From positions 207,824,001-207,888,000 of the forward strand of contig OX597814.1 of the NCBI GenBank assembly GCA_951406725.2: DNA of 64,000 nucleotides, read 5' to 3'. The stretch comes from Octopus vulgaris (taxonomy: Eukaryota). Each line of letters begins with the position of its first letter. Position 1 is the stretch's first letter. Both the position numbers and the translations under genes were made by a program. Below the pieces are notes generated by a model. The model ran no database searches and was not told the DNA's origin. It saw only the letters and a list, made by a program, of their open reading frames with translations. Positions 50,489 through 62,411 of the stretch are shown in pieces.

Positions 50489-52760
50489 TAGGGGAAGCTT
50501 GGGAGAGATTGAGTCATTTTTTACATTTCAATATGATGCAGACTCTTTGTGCAGAAGAAAGAATTCTTTACCAACTTGTAACATTCATAGACTTGTAACG
50601 TATATATGCCAGGGATATAGTTTCAAATGGGTGTAAACTGAAACAAGGAGAGCACACTTTTTAATGGGTAGTGATTTGACCCAACTTTCCCAACGGGTGG
50701 TGAGAGTTGGGACATGTATAGGGTTGAGTTGAGACATAGGGGGACTTGGGATAAGTGATATTTTAATTGATTGTACACTAAGATGAAACATTTATGTAAC
50801 TACTTATATATGATTTGTACTTTATTTTGAAGCATTGAGAACTCTACTTCATTCAACATTCTGAGAAGCAGTTTCGGTGGAAGTTGATGGTTCCTGTGAA
50901 ATTTTGGGTGACTCTGTCATAGAATAAGAATCTAGTGTTTCTTTAAAACTTGATTTGAGAACATCTGCTTGGTTTTCATAAGATGATGCTGGAAGATCTT
51001 GATTTGTTACTACCGCAAGTGCAAACTCTGTCTCGCAGAACACATCTTGGTTAAAGGGATAATTTCCTGTTCGTTGAAACCCAGAGATAATGTTTTAAGC
51101 AGCAAGGCCATGTATCTGAGCATGTGAAACAAGCTCAGGAATGTCATATATTGTAATCGACTTACCAGGGTGGGAATGCACCCAATTATCAACTGCTCAA
51201 CTATATGCTGTCTTGAATGGCTTATAGCAGCTCCCATCCAACAGTTGGAGCTTGTAGCTTGTGCGATGTGGGATTGTGAATAATATCACTCCATTTTTCT
51301 TGGCCAAGTCAATAGTTTTGTGATTGTCCAAAATTAACAACACTTTCTTCTCATTGCTGTACCTGGTGTAAGCTGTAAAGTGTTTTAAATAAGTCACAAA
51401 CAGATCTTCATTAATCATATCCACTGGAATTGGCTCCTTCGACACAGCCTGCAGGACCACTTTTGATAAAATAATCCCTATAGTTTTTTCAAAGGAAGAT
51501 CAGCAGTGGTGGAACAGCCTTCCTGTTGCATTAACTGCATACACAACTGTTACAAGTTGTCCTCTCTTGCTGGAAGTTAAAGATCCTACTTGTTTCATTC
51601 TCTGTGCACCTATGATATTTTCAGGTTGCTGCATAGTTGCATATCCGGTTTCATCTGCGTTATAAATGTCATGGCATCCAAATTTGTGCGAGTCCATAAC
51701 ACTCTTTAAGTTATCATAAAACTTTCCAACGTTATAGCAATAGAATGCACTTGCTCTAGCAAGAGATGTAGCCTCTGGTGTTTGAATTGCTAGATGGTTT
51801 CTTTTTCTAAAGGATATCCAAAGATGCTTGCCAGTCATTCTGTTTTGTTGCCAAAAATCAAGGACCATAATATTGTTTCTTAATATATATTCCACTATCA
51901 ACTAACAGAATTTATTTCATGTGAGTCCATGGAACTGCTTGGCTAATGTATTTATGTGAGTCAATAACTCAGCTTCCATCTCTGATGAAAATGTCATATT
52001 TTTTATCCTGCAATTTTTGGACCCAAACACTTTGTTTTGCTCATCATTTTGTTGATTGCATTTGTCTATATATATTTTTAGTGTCATTCTTGCTATACTG
52101 AAATCTTTAGCAGCAGCACGGATACTGCATCCTTCCCTGATGCGATCTCTGGCCCTACTTACATCTTCCTCTGTAGCCCCACAAATGTTCAGTTGGACAT
52201 ATTTCCAAGGAATCTGAAAAAGTCAATACATGTGCAAATTTTGTCCAGTACAAAGGCAAGTAGATCAAAATTTAATCCTTTATGTTGAATTGAAGCCCTA
52301 TGCAGTTTAGCTTCAAGGTACTTAATCTTGAAAGCAAACACAACTCATTAACAGTTACCAGAGTTTTTGCTATTTAGGCCGTTGCCAGCTTCGTCTGGTC
52401 CCCGTGCCGGTGGCACGTAAAAAGCACCATCCGATCGTGGCCGTCTGCCAGCCCCATCTGGCACGTAAAAAGCACCCACTACACTCACGGAGTGGTTGGC
52501 GTTAGGAAGGGCATCCAGCTGTAGAAACACTGCCAGATCTGACTGGCCTGGTGCAGCCTTCTGGCTTCCCAGACCCCAGTTGAACCGTCCAACCCATGCC
52601 AGCATGGAAAGCAGACGTTAAATGATGATGATGACCACAGGAAGTAATAAAATTAACAGGTTAAAATTGTTTTTTCACCACACATTAGTAAAGGGAGAGT
52701 TGGGACACTGCTCAACTCTCCCATACATGGCTGTCCCAACTCTTTCCATTTCCTTCCATC
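50489..52760 (-). mobile_element. Degenerate pogo-like (HTH_psq plus DDE) DNA transposon
   Basis: HTH_psq-like GCSIRAAAKDFSIARMTL (~52080-52140); IYNADETG, VLLILDNHK, KLQLLDGSCYKPFKTAY catalytic motifs. gagagttgggaca-type subterminal motifs at 50678-50752 and 52692-52745. End coordinates are approximate. Confidence 0.85.
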
Positions 52761-53499
52761 TTAACTTCATGCATCATTGTAACTGTAACGTTAGTCACAC
52801 GTTTTTTTTAATGATCACAGTGATAGAGAAATGATATAGGTATATGACAAAATGCATTCAATCAGAATGCTACATACTACTACAGGAATATGAACATGCT
52901 TACCTTCAAGCCTAACTTTTACTTTTTGGTGTAAAAATGGATTTTTTTCAAAAAGGTAACATATAGAGGAAACTCATTATTTGAAGCTGCTAATTGCCAA
53001 AAAAGGGCAGAGAGAACTCTTCGAGTCCAGTAAGAAAACTCCTCATGCTGGTGTGTTAATAAAATATACAAATCTGTTTTTTGGTGGGGTGACAATCTCA
53101 ACACGCTGCCTTGTATAACCCCACCTCCTGACCCTAGAGAGCCATTATCAAAGTTCATTCTAATGTAAACACTCTAAGCAAGCTTTCAGCCATGGGAGTT
53201 ATCACAATTGTTTGAAGTACTGATTCTTTCTGTTTGTTTAAGGGTACGGAAGTACGGATGGAATGATTTCCCAGTGGTTAGTGGTAACTCATGAATAGTG
53301 GTTTCCTTCTCCCAGAACCGAATGGAAATGAAACATAATTAACTCCTACATCTCCCAAATTGTTTTTTTCAGGTCCATTGCCGAGCTCTCCACACTTCAA
53401 CCAGGACAGCACTGTAAGAACTACTTCTGTTGAGCCAGCTTTCATTTTTGAAGCTTGCTTTATTTCCAACACCACGCTTTGCCATTGTGTAAACATACC

Positions 53500-53723
53500 T
53501 ATTTCTTTACTACCCACAAGGGGCTAAACACAGAAGAAACAAACAAGGACAGACAGACGGATTAAGTTGGTTATATCGACCCCAATGCGTAACTGGTACT
53601 TATTTAATCGACCCCGAAAGGATGAAAGGCAAAGTCGACCTCGGCGGAATTTGAACTCAGAATGTAACAGCAGACGAAATATGGCTACGCATTTCGCCCG
53701 GCGTGCTAACATTTCTGCCAGCT
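53500..53723 (-). mobile_element. SINE type B with TSD taaacatacc
   Basis: TSD at 53490-53499 and 53724-53733. Confidence 0.88.
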
Positions 53724-54966
53724 AAACATACCAACCGTGAAATCATCTCCATCTCAGCTGATACTTTATTTTAATGGAAGTTGACTATGGTAGGATTTGA
53801 ATTCAGAACTGGAACAAATACCACAATGCATTTTACCTGATTCTCTAATGATTCTGCCAGTCTGCCACCCTTAATGATAATTGGTTCTGATTTAGAAGAC
53901 AAGGCCAGCAGTTTTGAAGAGAGAGGTAAGTCGATACCATCAACCCCAGTACATGAATGATACTCATTTTGTTGACCCCACCAGGTTTTAAGCCCAGACC
54001 ATAAAGAAGCAAAAGAAATACCACCAAGAAATTTTTCCAACACTCAGAAGATTCTGCCAATTATTTCCTGCCCTTAATCAAAAATGGAGGAAGAAAGTTG
54101 ATTACATTGATTTCTGTACTTGACTAGAATTTATTTTATTGACTCCAAAAAAGGATGGAAAGCAAAGTTGAGCATGACAGGATTTGCACTCAGAAGAAAT
54201 TCCACAAGGTATTTTTTCCAACCCTCTAATAATTCGGCCAATCCTCTCTACTCTTAACACTTTTGTTACTATATTTCTGTTGAAATACATTGCTTTTGTT
54301 TCAGTTAATTTTGAAAATGATAAAGAATTTAGGAAAGTAACTTTGCTATTATTAACCTGGTGTTTGTATCATAGATCAACATGAAATTTAGAAAGGTTTT
54401 AATTTAGATCTCTTTAAACATGAAGTTTGTATCATAGAAGCAGAAGCAGTCTTAGACTGGGTGGTATCAAAAGCATGAATAATAACAAAGTAAAGAATAG
54501 TTTGAAAATACTTTTATTTTTGTCACACAAAATTTCAAATTCATATTTAATATTTCTATTTTCTTGAATTTTCCCAACAAGAATTATTTTACTTATTAAA
54601 TCAAACCTTAACTTTAGCTCTACAACTAAGTAATTTTAAACAAATTATAGTGTTAACAGATTTAAGTCTGTTACCTATAATTTGTTTAAAAATTACTTAG
54701 TTGTAGAGCTAAAAACAAGTAAATAGTTCAAGTATCAGACACTAATTTAAATAAATTTGGAGTTCAAATCCAGGTAATTTATTGTGTAACTTTCCAAAAC
54801 ACTGAAATGCTAGGTCTTTGCACTAATTCATATTTACATATCCTACTCCCAACCAACTCTCTTTAATTATCATTATGTGGAATGTGGTTTCATCATCATT
54901 TATCATTTTACCCCTCAAAAGTTTACAAATTTTCTTTGATTTAGTTAACAATTATTAATTAAAAAT

Positions 54967-55341
54967 GCGTGGCTGTGTGGTAAGAAGTTTGCTTCCCAAC
55001 CACATTGTTCTGGGTTCAGTCCCACTGCATGGCACCTTGGGCTAGTATCTTCTACCATAGCCTTGTAATGGATTTGGTAGATAGAAACTAAAAGAAGCCT
55101 GTCATATATGTGTATATATTTGTGTGTGTGTGTGTGTGTATGTTTGTCCCCCACCATCACTTGACAATTGATGATGTGTTTATGTCCCCATAACTTAGTG
55201 GTTCAGCAAAAGACCGATGCAATACATACTAGGCTTACAAAGAACAAATCCAGGAGTTGATTTCATCAACCAAAACCCTTTAAGGCGGTACTCCAGCATG
55301 GCCGCAGTCAAATGACTGAAACAAGTACAAGAATAAAAGAA
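54967..55341 (+). mobile_element. SINE type A, antisense within the presumed GMPPA 3' UTR
   Basis: Type A head and tail; the tail ends ~50 bp past the GMPPA stop codon. Confidence 0.85.
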
Positions 55342-55388
55342 TAGGAAGAAAAAAAAAATCAATAGAGCAGAGCTTATTTTTCCAACTT

Positions 55389-55489
55389 TTACAAAATAAT
55401 TTGATTCTTGTAACTTGAATTTAAATCTTTGTCAGGAAGAACTATAGAATTCAAAATGATCACTTCTGGAGGGATATGAACCTTAGAAC
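55389..55489 (-). CDS. GMPPA: GMPPA terminal coding exon with stop codon
   Basis: ttttacag|GTTCTAAG...ATTTTGTAA; 101 bp, phase 1 matches the previous exon; translates (G)[32 protein letters not shown], the GMPP-family C-terminus. Confidence 0.95.
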
Positions 55490-55852
55490 CTGTAAAAGAT
55501 TAAAAAAAAAAAAATCAGACTTTTGCAACATAAATTTTCAACAAAACAGACAACAGAAGGTTTGTTTGAATTCGCATATTAGAGATGCCTTCAACCTGGA
55601 TACAAACTGTATATGCTGCATAAGATTTTAAGCAATTGTCTGGCTTTGGGCTAGATAATATTTTGTGAGTGAAAATCATAGATGGAAACACAAGCCTGTT
55701 ATGTGTGAGTCTGTGGATGATTGTGTACGTATTCATGATTTCTCCTTGTCTTGAAATTGTGTACTGCTCCAGTAAGTTTCCTCTGATCCATGCCAGCATG
55801 GACATTAAAATAATGATGATAAAACTGTCACAGTATTTGAGCTATATAGTTT

Positions 55853-56069
55853 TAACCTTTTAGCATTTAAACCAGCCACAATATTCGACCTGTTTTATGT
55901 TCAAAATGACCAAATGTGGCCTCTCACACCAACCTCACAATATAATTCTCAAAATTAATAGTTAATTCATTAAAATCTCAAAGTAACAAAATAATGCATG
56001 ATTAATTCAAAACAATGTGAATAAGTAAGCATTGCATTCGACAGAGTAACCTGAATACTAAAGAGTTAA
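55853..56069. mobile_element. Second TTAA-flanked MITE family
   Basis: ttaaccttttagcatt ... aatactaaagagttaa; second copy at ~60868-61095 shares ataatgcatgattaattcaaaacaatgtgaataa. Confidence 0.65.
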
Positions 56070-56159
56070 ATAACTAAGCATGTGATCAGCATAGTATCAT
56101 GCAAATGACAGATAAATGCCCATCAGACCAGATGATTCTAATAGGCTATTCCTAATAAG

Positions 56160-56466
56160 ATGGAGGCGCAATGGTCCAGTGGTTAGGGCAGCGGACTTGC
56201 GGTCGGAGGATCGCAGTTTCGATTCCCAGACCAGGCGTTGTGTGTGTTTATTTAGCAAAAACACCTAAGAGCTCCACGAGGCTCCGGTAGGGGGTGGTGG
56301 CAACCCCTGTTGTACTCTTTCGCCCCAACTTTCTCTCACTCCCTCTTCCTGTTTCTTGAGTAATGCTGCGATGGATTGGTGTCCCGTCCAGCTGGGGGGA
56401 ACACATATGCCACAGAAACCGGGCTCATGAGCCTGGCTAGGCTTGAAAAGGGTGACGTTTATCGTT
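56160..56466 (+). mobile_element. tRNA-derived SINE (type D head, different tail) with 13-bp TSD
   Basis: Same ~190 bp head as 4617; TSD tattcctaataag at 56147-56159 and 56467-56479; inside a GMPPA intron. Confidence 0.88.
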
Positions 56467-56630
56467 TATTCCTAATAAGTACTTCTAATATGCTGGGTGA
56501 ATTGAGACACAGAATTAAGTGCAGTGGAACACATGAAATGTTAATGATCCAATACTACATTTATCATTCACTTTGTTCCTACAGCTATTGAATATCTGTA
56601 TTTTTATATTTCTTTCAGCTATAACCAATT

Positions 56631-56955
56631 TCTGGCACTCTGTCAGTTACAACAACGAGGGTTCTGGTTGATCCGATCAACAGAACAACCCTGCTCATGA
56701 AATTAACGTGCAAGTGGCTGAGCACTCCACAGATATATATGTATCCTTAATGTAGTTCTCAGGGAGATTCAGTGTTACACAGAGTGTGACAAGGCTGGCC
56801 CTTTGAAATACAGGTACTACTCATTTTTGCCAGCTGAGTGGACTGGAGCAATGTGTAATAAAGTGACTTGCTCAAGGACACAACACGTCACCAGGTATTG
56901 AATTCATGAACTTACAATCGTGAGCTGAATACCATAACCACTAAGCCATGCACCT
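56631..56955 (-). mobile_element. tRNA-derived SINE (type E head)
   Basis: Minus head aggtgcatggcttagtggtta...ttgtgtccttgagcaag...ttgctccagtccactcagctg; tail homologous to 4818-5000. Confidence 0.8.
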
Positions 56956-57070
56956 TTAGCTTTTAGCTGTATGAGGCTGAATATTAGGTTTCAAACAGAC
57001 AATATAGCAAAGATGGCAAAAAGTGTTTTTTTGTAAATCACCTCAAAGTATAAACTATGCAATGCATCTA

Positions 57071-58374
57071 CCGTAAATCCTCGAGTATAATACACAGGGA
57101 ATTTTTAGGGGGGTGTACCTCTGAAAAACCTAAACTTTGTATATAATATGCACCCCTTCTCTAACTTGAGTCAAGGAGGTCTATATAACGTCCTTGGTTT
57201 TTAAAAATGTATACGGTAACATCCTTTATTATTGCCTTCTTTATCTTTGGCATCTGTTTAATTTCATCTTTATTGTAGCTGTGATACCAGTACCGGTGGC
57301 ACGTAAGCGAACCATCCAAACGTGGCCGTTGCCAGCGCCACTCCGACAGGCGTCCGTGCTGGTGGCACATACACACATTGTTCTGGGTTCAGTCCCACTG
57401 CCGGTGGCACCTTGGGCTAAAAAGTATCTTCTACCATAGGCCGTTGTACCAGCCCCGATCTGGTAGATAGAAACTAAAAGAAGCCTGTCATATATGTGTA
57501 TATATTTGTGTGTGTGTGTGTAGGTATGTTTGTCCCCCACCATCATTGACAATTGATGATGTGTGCAGCCTTCTGGCTCCCCAGACTCCAGTGATTTGGC
57601 AACCGTCCAACCCATGCTAGGCGTACAAAGCGGATGCTAAATGATGATGATGATTTCTTCTCCATAACCTGACAATGCTTTCATCAACATCAAATTTTCT
57701 TCTAGCGGCCCTTTTACTATGCTCTTCAGCATATGATATAACTTCAAGTTTAAACATAGCTCAATAAGATCTATGAGGCATTTTATGGGCATGTAATGTA
57801 TAAAATGTTTTATTGGAGATTAATGTACAGGTTTAAGTCGCGCTTATAAAAAACCCTAGTAAAGACCCACAGTAGTTCAAACATTTAATTAAGTATCTAT
57901 TGTTTGCCACGGTAATGATGCAAACTGCAAATACAAACAGCAGGATGAACTATTTAGCGCTAAACTATTAAGCACAATTGTGCGTAATTAAGCCAGCAGC
58001 ATCTAGTTGAACAAAGATATCCACGCATGCGTAATACAATGTTTTTAAATTTTTATATGGGAATATAAATATGTTTGCAAATTGTTTTTGTTACATGTTA
58101 TTCTGTGTTCTGAATACTTTTATTTTAATAAATGTTGCTTACTGCAAATTATGGATGATCCTTTTATGACTTCATTGTTTTCAGGCTTAGCTTAAGGTAT
58201 TTTCACGCCCGACATCACTAAATGCGTCTGAATAAACATTGCTGGACAGCAGATAGAGACTCGAACATTGCTTAGGAAATATTTTTCATTTTTAACCTCA
58301 TATATAGTACGCACTAGGGATTTTGACCATTAAATTTTGGGAAAAAAATGCGGATTATACTCAAGGATTTACGG
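57071..58374. mobile_element. Non-autonomous Tc1/mariner-pogo-type element with TA TSD
   Basis: TA|CCGTAAATCCTCGAGTATAAT ... ATTATACTCAAGGATTTACGG|TA; SINE sequence inserted at 57290-57655. Confidence 0.85.
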
Positions 58375-60019
58375 TATCACCACTGATTTAACAACTGCTT
58401 TTTCATGTATTTGAGTTTATTGGGGCAAATTTTCAACAGCTTGATGCCCTTCCCAATGCCAACCACTTTACAGCATGTAAAGTGGCACTAGCACTAGTGA
58501 GGTTACCACATAGCCTGCAAAACTAAGAAGGCTTTCAACTGAGTGGGGTTACAGTAGTGAGGGAGGTGACTTTATACTATAGAATGAAGAGTGAAAGTTT
58601 GACAGAAAGGGCTAGAAAAGAACAGGTTTCTTACTGTAGAACTACACAGCTTCTCACATTATGAAAGAGAAGGTGGGTCAAGCAGGAAAGAAAATAATAG
58701 TGGTGGCGAGGTGTCAGGGTGGACCATCAAGATACAAAGAGAGCAGAAGTGAGTGAGGACAAAAGAACATGAAGTAAGAGTGTAAGGGAGAATAAGAGTT
58801 AGTTAAAGAATGGCTGACAGGGTGAATATAATTATTTCTACTCTAGGCACAAGGCTCTGAAAATTTTGGGGAAAGGGACTAGTCGATTACATTGACCCCA
58901 GTGTTTCACTGGTACTTAATTTATCGACTCTGCCTTTCAGAGTCGATAAATTAGGCAAAGTCGACCTTGGTGGAATTTGAACTCAAAATGTAAAGGTGGA
59001 CAAAATACCACTAAGCCTTTTGTCCGGCGTGCTAACAATTCTGCCAGCTTGTCATTTTAGGGTGAATATAATGAAGAACAAGTGTTGAGGGATGATAAGT
59101 TGGAGGGGTGACTAATGATACAAGAGCAGAGAGGTGGAGTGAGAAGATTACTGGCAGCAGAAAAAAATGGTGGGATTAGAAAAATTAAGGGCAGCAGAAT
59201 AGCAGGGAGACATGTGGTAGGTTGTAAGAGTGTTGAGCAGATATACGAGATAGGGAGAGCTGTATGATGGTAAAGGAGAGAAAATTTGGCAACTCAAAAA
59301 GGTGTCAATGTATATTGTTGATATTAAGAATGAAAGATGGATAACAAGTGAAATGGTATGGATTAGTAAGAAGGATAAGTTTATCAGAGAAAAGTTAGTG
59401 AAGTGTGCAGTTCTGATGATATTTAATTACAGCAGCAGAGTATTTAGATGATAAATGGTAGGAATGACTAGAAGGGGAATATGAGTGGCAGTTGTGCACA
59501 TAAGGCTTCCAGAATCTGTTTCACTGAGGTGGGCAAGTTTTCTTGATAACCAATTATCACCAGTCATCTTAGTCTTTTGTCATCTCCTCCATGAGGTTCC
59601 ACATAAAGCACATGTATGACTGTATGGTTAAGAAGCTTGTTCCCTAACTGAGTGGATTTGGGAAACAGAAACTGAGGGAAGCCTGTTCTGCAGGTGTGTT
59701 GTATGCCCTTGACTCAACATCATGTGATGATTGTAAGCAAGCATCACTGTCATATAAGTGATGTTTTCAGTTTGAGGGAAAATATTACTTTGCTTGAAAA
59801 GAGGTGAGGGTTAGCAACAGGAAAGGTGTCCGGCCATAGAAAATCTGCCTCAACAAAATCCACCTGACCCATGCAAAGTATAGAAAATTGGACATTAAAT
59901 GATTTTTTTATTCATATAGTTTAATTTCTTTCTCAATAAAACTAAATTTCCTTAAAATAGTAAACTTAAATGAAGTAAAGAATAAAGAGCCAAGATTGAT
60001 TATTATAAAAGATATTTAC

Positions 60020-60191
60020 CTATGACTGTTATGGAAGGATTCAGTCTACCATCATCTGTAAATAAGGCTGGGATATCAAGCTTTGCAAAGGGTTTGTTTG
60101 GATTCGGGTCATTAGGAGTGCCTTCAACTCGGCTCCAAGCTCCTACGATACTGTTCCAACCGACAATACTGTACAGAATACAACTGTGGTC
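60020..60191 (-). CDS. GMPPA: GMPPA penultimate coding exon
   Basis: ctcaacag|GACCACAGT...GTCATAG|gtaaat; 172 bp; translates [58 protein letters not shown]. The EGTPxDPNPN insert is characteristic of GMPPA rather than GMPPB. In frame with both flanking exons. Confidence 0.95.
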
Positions 60192-60341
60192 CTGTTGAGA
60201 TAACAGAGAGCTAAGTAATGTATGAATTTATATAGAAATCTAAATAAAAAAAAATAAATTATATTACATTTCAAATTGGATCTTGAACATTTAAAAAGAT
60301 CATAGCACAGAAAGTTAATGAACACAAGAAATTACTGCTAA

Positions 60342-60736
60342 TCTTTATATATAAAACTGAAGTTGTGTGTCTGTCTCCTACAATTTAGATTCCTAACTAC
60401 TCCCACATTTTGCGATGCAGTTTAACCAAAAGCGGGTATCTTATAGTCGTGATTCATATCGAGCCCTTCTGGGTATTAGTGCGCGTTTACTATGAGTCTA
60501 TGATTAAAAAAAAAATTTACCATCATTTTTTCCCCATTTTTAATGCATTTTTTGCTATTATATAAGGGAAGTAACTCTCTAAAAATGTATTATTAAATCT
60601 CAGAACGTAAAAAGCTACAGTAACACCCCCTTTTGTGGTTAGCCATATCGAGATGGCTATTATACTTTACATCTCTAAAAATGCTTATATAGTTATTTCC
60701 CTTACAAACCCGAGCAACGCCGGGCGATACTGCTAG
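60342..60736 (+). mobile_element. Non-autonomous Helitron in a GMPPA intron
   Basis: A|TCTTTATATATAAAA start, subterminal hairpin cccg-agcaacgc-cggg (60709-60724), CTAG|T end, AT target, no TSD. Confidence 0.85.
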
Positions 60737-61625
60737 TATATAATAAAACATATCTAGATTTTTCTAGATGTACTGATTGCTGGGATTTAAGGTATGTAAT
60801 AATGTGATTTTAATTTAAATATGAGCATATCAACATGGACAACCTCAAGTAGATTGTATTTAGAAATTTAAACATTTAGCATTTAAACCAGCCATATCTG
60901 GCCAAAATATTCTGACATTTTAATGTTCAAACTGGCTTGATCCAACAACATCTTGCACCTACTTTACAACGTTATAATAAAAATAAATTACATCATTGAA
61001 ATCTTGAAGCTATGAGATAATGCATGATTAATTCAAAACAATGTGAATAAATAAACATCACATTTGACAAAGAAATCTGAATGCTAAAGGATTAAACAAA
61101 CACAGATTTGAAAATATTCATTTAATTTCCTTCACAGAAGAACTAAACATTTAAAATAGAAAAGAACACTTGAAGAACTGCAATGGTTAAGAGGTTCACT
61201 TTGCAACTACATAGTTCTTGGCTCGATCACAGTGCATGACACCATGGGCAAATGTCTTTTACCATTGAGTTAAGCAATACCTTGCAAGTGGAAATTAGTG
61301 GACAGAAACAATGTAGAACTTAGTCATTTGTGTGTGTGTGTGTGTGTAAACATGAGTGAGAAAATGCAAAAACTGGTGCTCTTTGAATGAGCTCTCCTGC
61401 AATGTTTATTCTGCACCAAGTTAATTATGTATGTCTATATATATATACATACATGTCTGCTCACATGTGTATACATTTATATATCTTTTCTGTTGTTTCA
61501 GTCATTGAACTGCAGCCTGCTGGGGCACTTTCTTGAAGTCAAATGAATCAACCCCCAGGACTAATTTTTAAGTTTGGTACGTATTTTATTGGTCTGTTTT
61601 GTTGAACAGCTAACGGGAGTCGGAG

Positions 61626-61689
<64 letters not shown>

Positions 61690-61757
61690 CAGGCTTCTAC
61701 ACAATAAGTGATTTCACTTACAAGGTACTTACTAGGGCTATGGCAGAGTACACTTAA

Positions 61758-62204
61758 CCCTTTCGTTACTGTATTTATTTTGAGATGCTCTGTGTTTCTT
61801 TCAGTTACTTTAAATATAACAAAGGATTTAGTAAAATAACTTAGTTATCACCATCCGATCGTGGCCGTTTGCCAGCCTCGTCTGGCACCTGTGCAGGTGG
61901 CACATAAAAAGCACCCACTACACTCTCGGAGTAGTTGGCATTAGGAAGGGCATCCAGCTGTAGAAACACTGCCAGATCAGACTGGGCCTGACACAGCCTC
62001 CTGGCTTCCCAGACCCCAGTTGAACCGTCCAACCCATGCTAGCATGGGAAACGGACGTTAAACGATGATGATTATCATTCAGCCAGTGTTAGGAACATAA
62101 ATTGTGACTAAGGTTTGGTGGAAGATTTTAATTCAAAACTTTTGAAAACAAGACATTTGTACTGAGAGCCAGAGCCGGTTTCAGCTGGGTTGGTAACGAA
62201 AGGG
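61758..62204. mobile_element. piggyBac-like MITE (TTAA TSD)
   Basis: TTAA|CCCTTTCGTTAC ... GTAACGAAAGGG|TTAA. Related copies at 38251-38492 (left end eroded) and ~54254-54475 (diverged). Confidence 0.85.
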
Positions 62205-62318
62205 TTAAAGTGCCATGCAGTGAGACTGGAGCCAAAATCACATAGTCCCCAATTGAGCTCCTTACCTAACCACATGGCCATACCTTCACACACACAGACA
62301 CAAACTAAAAGTACTTAC

Positions 62319-62411
62319 CTGGAGAACTGCATCTTCCAAAATAATTGATTCACGTAATCGGACACCAGCTTTCACTTTCACATTTTTACCAATTGTCACA
62401 TTTGGTCCAAC
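62319..62411 (-). CDS. GMPPA: GMPPA coding exon (hexapeptide beta-helix region); upstream exons lie beyond the window end
   Basis: Reverse strand reads ttcactag|GTTGGACCAAAT...GTTCTCCAG|gtaagt; 93 bp, phase 0/0; translates VGPNVTIGKNVKVKAGVRLRESIILEDAVLQ, matching the GMPPA segment I recall (LGPNVSIG...GVRLRESIVL...LQ). Confidence 0.93.

Noticed and set aside
52919-53517. 79-aa minus-strand ORFs (MNFDNGSLG..., ...GMFTQWQSVVLEIK...)
   Set aside because: No family recognised; one begins inside a SINE; likely UTR or intergenic.
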